Below, one piece after another: positions 10,185-17,482 of a DNA stretch of 32,000 nucleotides. The stretch's first letter is position 1, and each line of letters starts with the position of its first letter. This DNA is from Microcystis aeruginosa NIES-2549. GTDB lineage: Bacteria > Cyanobacteriota > Cyanobacteriia > Cyanobacteriales > Microcystaceae. The stretch lies in contig NZ_CP011304.1 in the NCBI RefSeq assembly GCF_000981785.2, forward strand, positions 1,110,001 to 1,142,000. The letters are read 5' to 3'. A program made the position numbers and the translations under genes. The notes beneath the pieces were generated by a model, which saw only the letters and a list, made by a program, of their open reading frames with translations, searched no databases and was not told the DNA's origin.

Positions 10185-11045
10185 ATGTATAAGACTGTAA
10201 CCTCTCTCATCCTCGCCGCTGCAACAAACTTTCCCTTAGTTAATGTTGCTGAAGCTCATAAGCACATACTGCCAACAAAAAGCAATACTTCCCATATTTC
10301 AGAAGATTATTCCTTAAAATCAAAGTTTAGTTTACTAAACACAATCACTATCGCTCTTTCAGATACGTTAACCAGACTTAGGAATAACGATTACGACCTT
10401 TTTCAGTTTCAGGTTGAATTTTTGCTGAGTCCTAAATGTCATGGAACTGTTAGTGAAAACGGTGAGTTAGCGAGTCGTGATACTGCCGATAATTGTCTAT
10501 GGGATGACAGTTTGTTGGGAAAAAAGACTGCAAAACCTGATATTTATGCAATTTTACGGGAAGGAGATCAACCATTGCCTAAACGTAGTGATTGTAAAAA
10601 TACAAAGTCTGTACATTGTATTTTAAGTTGTCCAGAAAATCAGTACCGTTGTCAGTTTACATTACTACTTGATTCTAAAAAAACATATTCACTATTCTTG
10701 GCTGATAAAGACTTAGTGGTTGATGATACTGCTGGTATTTTTGTGTTTTTTCCATTAAAAGATGCTGTAGGTGTAACTTATAACGATAAGGACGGTAGAA
10801 GTGTCGTCAGATTAAGTAGTGTAAACTTAGATACTCTTGATGCTTGTTTTTCTGCCATTGAAACTCTGACCAATAATCCGGCTAATACTCAGAATATCGA
10901 AAACCTCGAAAAGGCAAAAGATTTTCTTGATGGTCTTGTAAATTACCTGATGAAAACACAGCCTTTGCCAGACTTTAATACTATTGCATTTATTGGGGCG
11001 CAATGTAAAATTTATAATGATCAAGTTAAACCTCAAACATATTAA
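10185..11045 (+). CDS. secreted Cys-rich hypothetical protein (orphan)
   Basis: From the ATG at 10185 the product begins MYKTVTSLILAAATNFPLVNVAEA, which is signal-peptide-like. It has about 9 Cys. No family was recognised. The context is AT-rich. Confidence 0.55.
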   Translation: MYKTVTSLILAAATNFPLVNVAEAHKHILPTKSNTSHISEDYSLKSKFSLLNTITIALSDTLTRLRNNDYDLFQFQVEFLLSPKCHGTVSENGELASRDTADNCLWDDSLLGKKTAKPDIYAILREGDQPLPKRSDCKNTKSVHCILSCPENQYRCQFTLLLDSKKTYSLFLADKDLVVDDTAGIFVFFPLKDAVGVTYNDKDGRSVVRLSSVNLDTLDACFSAIETLTNNPANTQNIENLEKAKDFLDGLVNYLMKTQPLPDFNTIAFIGAQCKIYNDQVKPQTY

Positions 11046-11064
11046 ACTTAAATTGCAATTAATT

Positions 11065-11268
11065 ATGCCTTTCATTAAATTTGGAAAAACCACCATTATA
11101 TTCTTACCTGATCGTCAATCATCGGAAGGGGCGTTAGCCATCTGCGGTTATTTAGCGTTTTTGGTTACAATAATCACCTTAGTAATTTCTCCTGTTTGTG
11201 GTCTATTCGTTTTTATAACAAGCTTATTTAATAATTTGTTAATTCAATTTATCGAGCCTATCATGTAG
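11065..11268 (+). CDS. small hydrophobic protein (67 aa), possible partner of the upstream secreted protein
   Basis: The ATG lies 20 nt after the upstream stop. It contains one long hydrophobic stretch, ALAICGYLAFLVTIITLVISPVCGLFVFITSLF. No homology was recognised. Confidence 0.3.
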   Translation: MPFIKFGKTTIIFLPDRQSSEGALAICGYLAFLVTIITLVISPVCGLFVFITSLFNNLLIQFIEPIM

Positions 11269-11303
11269 AGTCAGGGTATTTACCTAGCAAAAATGATTCT
11301 AGA

Positions 11304-11429
11304 ATGATTAAATCAGAAGCCAAAAATCCTCAAGGAAATCCCGATTTTAATGACTGTCGTAAATTTTTGCTCGACAAGGGTTATCAACTATCCGATGGTG
11401 CTATGTTTACTTATTTCTATAAACCTTAA
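11304..11429 (+). CDS. 41-aa ORF (MIKSEAKNPQGNPDFNDCRKFLLDKGYQLSDGAMFTYFYKP)
   Basis: Hand translation. It is below the ORF-track size cutoff. It could be a gene fragment. Confidence 0.15.
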   Translation: MIKSEAKNPQGNPDFNDCRKFLLDKGYQLSDGAMFTYFYKP

Positions 11430-11810
11430 TTTATTTGGTTACATACATATAGCAGTTTTCATCAGAATGAGGCATGGGCAAGGGGCTTAAACCCTTTGTT
11501 TGCAAAACTTGTCGATACCTCAGTAACGTGAAAAGAGCTATAGGAGGTAAGCAAAGCACGAAGTTTTGAAAAATTTTGGCTCTTCTGGTTTCTGTGTGGA
11601 AACGGGGTCTATACTGATAGAATATCCGCAAAATAGCGCTAAAAGTCTTGCCTGATAAGTATTTCACGATTCCATAAGCAAAAATTATCACACAAAGTCG
11701 AGAAGAGGCAAATTTTCAGATATTTATTCCGAGAAATCGACTAAAAACTTTGCCAGATAAGGATTTGAGAGAATGACATTTGAGAGAATGAAACCACCCT
11801 ACCCTTAATT

Positions 11811-11860
11811 CCCCCTTAATCAGGGGGGAGCTGATCGTGTTTAGCACCCAACTACTTAGC
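11811..11860 (+). repeat. C5-loop-G6 hairpin plus conserved tail (family shared with 23991-24080)
   Basis: CCCCCTTAATCAGGGGGG is followed by AGCTGATCGTGTTTAGCACCCAACTACTTAGC. Compare the two hairpins and the TGATCTGACAACTTTTAACACCTACCTACTTAAC tail at about 24 kb. Confidence 0.6.
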
Positions 11861-11932
11861 TAAAAAAACTGATAACCGATAACCCGGGAGAAAATATAAT
11901 TGTAGCTACCTACCCATTCCAGATTAATTCCT

Positions 11933-12394
11933 ATGGCAGAAGAAACCACCACTCCCGCAACTCCGGCAGCAGAAGCAGAAAAACCGGCTCAACCTGCGGC
12001 TGCTAAAAAACCGAAGGAGCCTACCGTCGAGGAAAAACCCTTTGCTGAATTTATCGAGCAGCATTTTCAACCCGCACTGGCTGCCGCCTTGCAAAAGCTG
12101 GGTATAGCTGATATGAAGTTGTCCTTTAAACAGGATAAAATTGCCGTGCAGGGCTTTTCTAGCTCTCCCTGTTGGCAGTTAAGCGGCAATTGGCTCGGGG
12201 GAATGCGTCAATTTAGCATTTATTTTTTGGAAGAAAACATCAACGGTAAAAAAGCTTTTTCCCAGGCTGAGGGCGGCGCTCAACCTAGTACACTTGAATC
12301 ATTTATGATCGATGAAAGGAAAGTTAGTCTTGATTTACTGTTGTTTTACACCCTGCAACGGCTTAACGGTCAAAAGTGGTTGACGAGAAACTAA
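11933..12394 (+). CDS. conserved cyanobacterial/plastid-lineage hypothetical protein (DUF2996-like)
   Basis: 153 aa with an Ala/Pro/Lys-rich N-terminus. The conserved C-terminus is STLESFMIDERKVSLDLLLFYTLQRLNGQKWLTRN. The family name is given from memory. Confidence 0.7.
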   Translation: MAEETTTPATPAAEAEKPAQPAAAKKPKEPTVEEKPFAEFIEQHFQPALAAALQKLGIADMKLSFKQDKIAVQGFSSSPCWQLSGNWLGGMRQFSIYFLEENINGKKAFSQAEGGAQPSTLESFMIDERKVSLDLLLFYTLQRLNGQKWLTRN

Positions 12395-12473
12395 AATTGC
12401 TGAGGATTAGCGATCGAGAAGGGGGGTAAAATGAGCATAGACGACCACTGCTTATCGATCGCTAATAGTAATT

Positions 12474-12851
12474 ATGCGTGTATTTGTACTACTTTTTAAC
12501 GCAGGCACAGAAAACGAAGGTATCCACACCATTCAAATGGGAGCTATCAATAAGGTGTTGATGTTTGAATCGGAAGATGATGCCACCCGTTATGCGCTGC
12601 TGTTAGAGGCGCAGGATTTCCCGACTCCCACGGTAGAGAAAATTGATTCGGAGGAAGTGGCAGAATTTTGTCGCGATGCCGGCTATCAAGCGGAGATGAT
12701 TGAAGCGGGTATGTTGGTAATTCCCCCCGAAAGCAATGCCTCCGAGTTGGATTGGCGAAAAGAGGAAGTCCCCCCCGCCGAAGAAGAGTTTTCCGAGATT
12801 CCCGATGCGGAGTTGGACAGCATCCGTCGTCGTCTAGAAGGACTTTTGTGA
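12474..12851 (+). CDS. conserved cyanobacterial/plastid-lineage hypothetical protein (DUF3110-like)
   Basis: MRVFVLLFNAGTENEGIHT... N-terminus and an acidic C-terminus. The family name is given from memory. Confidence 0.7.
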   Translation: MRVFVLLFNAGTENEGIHTIQMGAINKVLMFESEDDATRYALLLEAQDFPTPTVEKIDSEEVAEFCRDAGYQAEMIEAGMLVIPPESNASELDWRKEEVPPAEEEFSEIPDAELDSIRRRLEGLL

Positions 12852-13320
12852 TTCAGTGAACAGTAATCAGTAGTTCGGAGTCGGTCCTGATGCCAAAGTT
12901 GTCACCGCCAAACATGAAAATATTCTGATTGACGAATTGGCGTTATTTCAGCTTCTATTTCCAAGTCAGTGCCTCTCCTGATATGTAGCCTATACTCAAC
13001 GGATTTACTATTACTTGCGATTTTATCCCTCAATCCAAGCTTTTGGGGGGTTCTACCCCCCAACCCCCCCGCGCATTAGTTTTTCGGTGAGATGCTTACA
13101 CGCAGCTGCTGATACATCTGTAATCATTTAAGAGTCACTCCACTTGCAGGAGTGCCTCTCCTGATATGTAGCCTATACTGAACGGATTTAGTATGATTGA
13201 CGAATTGGCATTATTTCAGCTTCTATTTTCCAGTCAGAAGACAGGATAATCAATCAACGTTGTTCCCTGTTCCCTGTTCCCTGTTCACTGATAACTGATA
13301 ACTGTTCACTGATAACTGAA
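12852..13320. repeat. composite repeat region: heptamer arrays in inverted orientation flanking a permuted 85-bp tandem repeat with a nested insert
   Basis: A1 is 12927-12969 and B1 is 12970-13011. B2 is 13153-13194 and A2 is 13195-13237, with few mismatches. CAGTGAA/CAGTAAT units lie at 12854-12874. CTGTTCC/CTGTTCA/CTGATAA units lie at 13267-13322. Confidence 0.85.
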
Positions 13321-13321
13321 T

Positions 13322-13741
13322 ATGACAACCGTGGGGGAATTGGGCGAAAATTTGGTGGCGGATTGGTTGCAATTACAGCAATGGCATATCCTCCAGCGTC
13401 GTTGGCGTAGTGGCGGCGGTGAAATCGATTTAATCGTCTTGTCTAAATCTCAGGCGATTCTCGCTTTTGTCGAGGTGAAAACCCGCAGTGCTGGCAATTG
13501 GGATTTAGGGGGCAAATTAGCAATCGATGACCGTAAACAGGGGAAAATTTACGAAGCTGCCCAGATATTTCTCTCCTTTTATCCCCAATGGTCCGATTTA
13601 ACCTGTCGTTTCGATGTGGCTTTGGTTAGTTGTCAAAAAAGTTCTCTATTAGCTTTACCTGAGTTTTCCCTTGATTATCCCTGTCAGCGACAGGCAGGTT
13701 ATCAATTGCAGTTACAGGAATATCTCGTGGCGGTTTTCTAA
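13322..13741 (+). CDS. yraN: YraN family (UPF0102) predicted endonuclease
   Basis: GELGENLVADWL...GGGEIDLIV...AFVEVKTRS is the typical YraN/PD-(D/E)xK-like core. Confidence 0.85.
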   Translation: MTTVGELGENLVADWLQLQQWHILQRRWRSGGGEIDLIVLSKSQAILAFVEVKTRSAGNWDLGGKLAIDDRKQGKIYEAAQIFLSFYPQWSDLTCRFDVALVSCQKSSLLALPEFSLDYPCQRQAGYQLQLQEYLVAVF

Positions 13742-13752
13742 AAACATAATAC

Positions 13753-13772
13753 GCCCGCCTAGGGAGGCGGGC
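13753..13772. terminator. GC-rich stem-loop GCCCGCC-TAGGGA-GGCGGGC
   Basis: It starts 12 nt after the yraN stop. The U-tract is weak on the plus strand. On the minus strand it is followed by GTATTATGTTTTT. Confidence 0.5.
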
Positions 13773-14167
13773 TTCATCTTGTACAAACGATATGGACTCC
13801 TAAAAATTTAACGGACTCAATATAATAGAGGTTTACCGAACCCACAACAGTCTATCTGTCAACTATCAAGATTTCTCAGTTTACCGACTCAGGTGCTGAT
13901 TACGGCTCACTCCATCTGTCCTATATCGAGCAACAGAGGCGAAACCATACTTTACTTTACAAACTTCGAGAATCTGCGTCCGATTTAGCTGTTGCGTTGA
14001 GCTAGAGCAGGTGGCACAGGCTCTAGGTCTTTTTGCCTGGAAGGAAGTTGAGTCGCTTCCCTTGTGCCTTATGTTTTTAATATAACACCTTTGTCAGCAC
14101 TCGATCGACCTTGTAATTAAAGTTTACATTTATTGATTTTGAGTAAAAATTGCCGTTACAAAACTAT

Positions 14168-14188
14168 GGGGTGTGGGGTGTGGGGTGT
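14168..14188 (+). repeat. GGGGTGT x3
   Basis: Read directly. It ends 2 nt before the stop codon of the minus-strand TPR gene. Confidence 0.9.
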
Positions 14189-14190
14189 GA

Positions 14191-14991
14191 TTACTGGTTA
14201 CTGATTAGGGACTGAATCTCCTCTCTGTAGGCAAAAGGAGCGAGACTGAGAGCCTCTTGAAAGAGGGGTTGAGCCTCTTGATTTTTGCCCTGTTCTTTTA
14301 GTACGATCGCAGCCGCCAAAATCGGTCGGAAATCGTTGACATCCATTTGTTGAGCTTGTTTATAGGCGTTTAAAGCTTCTGGATAATTTTGCTGCTCGAA
14401 ATAGATTTTTCCTAAAAGTAACTGAACGGAAACGATATCGATTAAACTAGCGGGATTATTGGGATCGGCAGCCGCTTTTAAAGCGCGATCAATCGTGTCT
14501 TTGACCAAACTAATCGCCTCGATAGAGCGGTTTTGGCGGAGAAATAAATTAGTTAATCCGGTTAAGGCCCGTAGATCTTGGGGTTGGGAGGCCAAAAGGC
14601 TGCGATAACTGGCTGTGGCTCCTGCATAGTCCTCTATTTGCTGTTTCGCTTCCGCTAAAAGTAGTAGATAATCGGATTGTTGGGGGTTAAGTTGCGCTAA
14701 TTTTTCTAAAGGTTCGATCGCTTGCTTTAAATCGCCCTGCTGTAAGCGAGTATCTAATAATCCCCGCAAAGCCGTCTGATTATCAGGTTCACGCTCTAAA
14801 ACCATCTGATAACCCAGTGCTTGACTGGCTAATTCCTCTTGTTTCACTGCGGACAGATGACTCTGGCCCGAGGAGTGCTGACTTTTGAGAATAGAAGTCA
14901 ATAGCGGCATAGTCGAGAAAGACAGCAAAGCAAATAACATCAGGATCAGACCGATGGACAGCCAACGACGGTTAGAGAGAGAGGCTTTCAT
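14191..14991 (-). CDS. membrane-anchored TPR repeat protein
   Basis: The N-terminal hydrophobic anchor is WLSIGLILMLFALLSFSTMPLL. Several 34-aa TPR-like units follow. Confidence 0.8.
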   Translation of the reverse strand: MKASLSNRRWLSIGLILMLFALLSFSTMPLLTSILKSQHSSGQSHLSAVKQEELASQALGYQMVLEREPDNQTALRGLLDTRLQQGDLKQAIEPLEKLAQLNPQQSDYLLLLAEAKQQIEDYAGATASYRSLLASQPQDLRALTGLTNLFLRQNRSIEAISLVKDTIDRALKAAADPNNPASLIDIVSVQLLLGKIYFEQQNYPEALNAYKQAQQMDVNDFRPILAAAIVLKEQGKNQEAQPLFQEALSLAPFAYREEIQSLISNQ

Positions 14992-15265
14992 AGACTGGGG
15001 TGGGGGGGAACAGACAAGAAAATGTTATAGAAATCTGGAGATTTGATTAGGGGATCGATCGAATTCGCCGCTCTTTATTGAGTACAATGGGCAAACGGTC
15101 AAGACTCAAAAGGGTTTTGACCAGGTTGACAGTCAAAAGATCATGGTTCTTAATATATTAGATGCCAGTAGAGTCGCCCTAGAGGGTTATTGTAACCCCC
15201 CAGATCGCGCTTTTGACTTGCTTGATTACTAATTTACTATGTGTCTCCGCCGCTAGGAGTGTGAT

Positions 15266-16138
15266 ATGAATCGTCCTGGGAATCGGTTTACCGAATCACC
15301 GAAAACCCCCCCGACTCCTGAAGTGGAAATTCAGGAAGTCCCCCTTGAATCCCCCCATACCGAGGCTGATTTAGCCGTAGAGTCAGCCACCCCCGAAGAA
15401 GTCAAACGCCAACAACCGATCCCCCCTCCCAGTCATCTGCGGCAGTATCGGGCGATCGGTCTGGTCTATGGTCATTATCAGCGATCGGAGGAACAATTAA
15501 CTAAAGGCAATATTTTGACTGCCGATGGTACTCTGATCGATTCTGTGATTCTCGGCCGGGTGATCAGTTTGGTTAAAAATCATCTTGATCTGGAAAAACC
15601 GCATCTTTGGGTGGTTTATCCGCGCACCCGTCAGGAAAATGATGCCCTTCATGTTCAGATTGTCGGTGTTTGGGAACCAGAAACCCTGAAAAAAGAGGAT
15701 GATCAAGAGATAGAAACGCTCCTCGCTTCTACCCCTGGTTATTTCTCGATTCGAGGTGAAGTCATCTTTACCGAACGGGAAAATCAAGCGGTAGTGGTCA
15801 AAATCCGACAAATGCCCAAAACTGAAGCGGACAAACCCAAGTTTTTTAAACTAAAATTGCGCGGCACTTTACCTAGTAAACCTGTCAGTCGTTTTTGGGA
15901 TTTTCAGGTACAACTTAAAGGGGATGCCTTAACTATTTTGGAAGGTTTAGACCTCGGTTTTGCCAGCAAGAAAAAACCGATGGGTAAGGGAGGTTTTAAA
16001 AAGCCTTTTGATAAAAATCGTCGTCCCTCGGCCGATAGATATTCTGGACCGGAAGGGGAAGGAGAAAAACGACCTTTTACCCCCGGACAATTTCCCGTTC
16101 CTAGGCCTTCCCGGCCCAAACCCCTATCGGAAAACTAA
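15266..16138 (+). CDS. hypothetical protein with Pro-rich N-terminus and basic Lys/Pro/Gly-rich C-terminus
   Basis: 290-aa ORF with coding-like composition. The central globular part is YRAIGLVYGHY...HLWVVYPRTR.... No family name was recognised. Confidence 0.65.
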   Translation: MNRPGNRFTESPKTPPTPEVEIQEVPLESPHTEADLAVESATPEEVKRQQPIPPPSHLRQYRAIGLVYGHYQRSEEQLTKGNILTADGTLIDSVILGRVISLVKNHLDLEKPHLWVVYPRTRQENDALHVQIVGVWEPETLKKEDDQEIETLLASTPGYFSIRGEVIFTERENQAVVVKIRQMPKTEADKPKFFKLKLRGTLPSKPVSRFWDFQVQLKGDALTILEGLDLGFASKKKPMGKGGFKKPFDKNRRPSADRYSGPEGEGEKRPFTPGQFPVPRPSRPKPLSEN

Positions 16139-16145
16139 TTTTTTT

Positions 16146-16191
16146 CTAGGATGGGTGCAGAACCCATCCCTAGGTTTACGCGTTTTTTCGG
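16146..16191 (+). terminator. intrinsic terminator-like hairpin
   Basis: CTAGGATGGGT-GCAGA-ACCCATCCCTAG (one bulge), then GTTTACGCGTTTTTT. It lies 8 nt after the stop at 16138. Confidence 0.55.
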
Positions 16192-16451
16192 TAGTTACTT
16201 TATCCTTAGTATCTGGGAATATAAGCGCGAATTCTATAACTATAATCTGTTCCCAAAATCTCCGTGATAAAAACCGCTAACTGAGTTCCTAAAATCGCTT
16301 CATCGGCGGAATTAAAAGATTTATAATCTTCTATTAACCACTCTTGACCACCATTAACTAAAGTACATCTAAATGTGCCAAGAGCTTCGGCGATTTCTGT
16401 ATGTTCTATATAGTTTCTGGTTTTTACGGCGTTGCTGAATTAAGCTATGAA

Positions 16452-16817
16452 TCAGTAAGGAATAGGCACTTCTTGAAACTTCAGATAATGAATTAATAAA
16501 CGAATAGAGTATCCTAACATTTCTGTAGACTTAGAATAGCAGAGTGTTTTGCGATGCAATCGGGCTAGATAATGTCTTAAACGTGTGTTCTCACCCTCTA
16601 CTCTGGTCATATAAGTCTTACTAATTATATGGTCGCCCTCTGCTATAAAACATGGATAAACTGACCATCCATCACTCACATAAAAATAGCATCCCCAAGA
16701 CTTAACTAATTCCCATAATGGGCGAAACGTTTCGCTACTATGGTCTCCGATTACCCAACCTAAAATTCCTTTTTTAAAGTGGTCAACGGCTGTCCACACC
16801 CAGATTTTGTTTTTTTT
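16452..16817 (-). CDS. insB: IS1 InsB-frame (DDE catalytic part), expressed as an InsAB fusion by -1 frameshift
   Basis: The A8 run on the minus strand is at 16810-16817. A -1 slip gives ...FVGSKKNKIWVWTAVDHF..., which is the IS1-type junction. Confidence 0.8.
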   Translation of the reverse strand, partial: KKNKIWVWTAVDHFKKGILGWVIGDHSSETFRPLWELVKSWGCYFYVSDGWSVYPCFIAEGDHIISKTYMTRVEGENTRLRHYLARLHRKTLCYSKSTEMLGYSIRLLIHYLKFQEVPIPY

Positions 16818-17161
16818 GAGCCAACAAAGGTTTCCAATTCATCCAGTTCCCCTACTTCAGGAATTGTTTCTGGGTCATAGGCGACTGGCAATAATTCTCC
16901 CACAGATTTTACCCAATTAATTACGGTCGTATGATGAACTCCCTTTAGCCTTTCTATTCCTCTAAATCCCATCCCATTAACATAGGCAGTTAGGCATTCT
17001 CGCTTCGTTTTTTCGTCATAGCCTTTCTGTTTTTCATAGTTATTAATAAATTGACGGCCACAGGTTACACAAATATGATTTTGTTTACCTTGTTTATTGA
17101 TGCCATTTTTACGGATATGGGTAGATTTACATTCAGGGCATTGCATTTTGATTTCCTCCAT
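16760..17161 (-). CDS. insA: IS1 InsA-like protein (zinc finger plus HTH), upstream frame of the transposase
   Basis: Contains QCPECKSTHIRKNG...HICVTCGRQF and HHTTVINWV. Confidence 0.85.
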   Translation of the reverse strand: MEEIKMQCPECKSTHIRKNGINKQGKQNHICVTCGRQFINNYEKQKGYDEKTKRECLTAYVNGMGFRGIERLKGVHHTTVINWVKSVGELLPVAYDPETIPEVGELDELETFVGSKKTKSGCGQPLTTLKKEF

Positions 17162-17482
17162 TCATATCTCTATTATGCAACGCCGTTTTTACTTCCCCCG
17201 CACTATCTGCCCTCAAACATAATTGATTAAGTTCTGAATAAAATTTGGCAGGAATTTTGTCTAAATCACCCCCTTTAGTCGCCCAACGCATAAAAAGATG
17301 AAATGACCAAGGAAGATTGAGGTAAATTAGATAAGACAAAACCAGAATAGTTGTTAAATATAAGGAGGAAGTCAGGAATTTATTATGTTTCCTTTTTGGA
17401 GACCGATTTAAATGTTTGGCTAAATCTAGCTTTGATCTTTTCATAAATTTTAATTAGTTAAAAGTAATTCGTAAAAAATAAG

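Larger units (their letters stand above)
16428..17184 (-). mobile_element. IS1-family insertion sequence (757 bp), apparently intact
   Basis: Imperfect terminal inverted repeats start GGCGTTGC (16428) and end GCAACGCC (17184). Identical 8-bp direct repeats GTTTTTAC flank it at 16420-16427 and 17185-17192. The insA/insB arrangement has an A8 slippery run. Confidence 0.88.
16206..17444 (-). pseudogene. hypothetical membrane-anchored protein gene split by the IS1-family insertion
   Basis: Removing 16428-17184 and one copy of the 8-bp duplication joins 17444-17185 in frame to 16419-16206. The result is an uninterrupted ORF of about 160 aa (...ADSAGEVKT|RNYIEHTEIAEALGTFRC...IPRY stop). Confidence 0.75.

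Noticed and set aside
10827-11096. 89-aa minus-strand ORF, and the long version (10984 start) of the plus-strand small ORF
   Set aside because: Both are AT-rich shadow frames overlapping the 3' end of the secreted-protein gene. Only the 11065 ATG version is retained, at low confidence.
11431-11691. 86-aa minus-strand ORF
   Set aside because: The translation is basic and irregular, with no start context or recognisable family. The region looks non-coding, as discussed in the findings.
13742-14167. tmRNA, RNase P RNA, SRP RNA or tRNA in the ORF-free region
   Set aside because: The hallmark motifs were not found on either strand. These are the GGGG 5' end and T-arm/CCA-proximal end of tmRNA, the GGAAAGTCC P4 of RNase P, and a tRNA GTTCRANYC T-loop with a paired stem. 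The CCTGGAAGGAAG string only superficially resembles SRP domain IV.
15497-16280. ORFs 15497-15811(-), 15904-16119(-) and 15960-16280(+)
   Set aside because: They overlap the better-supported 15266-16138 CDS, the terminator, and the 3' half of the IS-split gene. Their translations are low-complexity.
17133-17444. 103-aa ORF taken as an intact gene
   Set aside because: Its last roughly 17 codons read into the IS1 terminal repeat. It is the 5' half of a gene interrupted at the GTTTTTAC target site.
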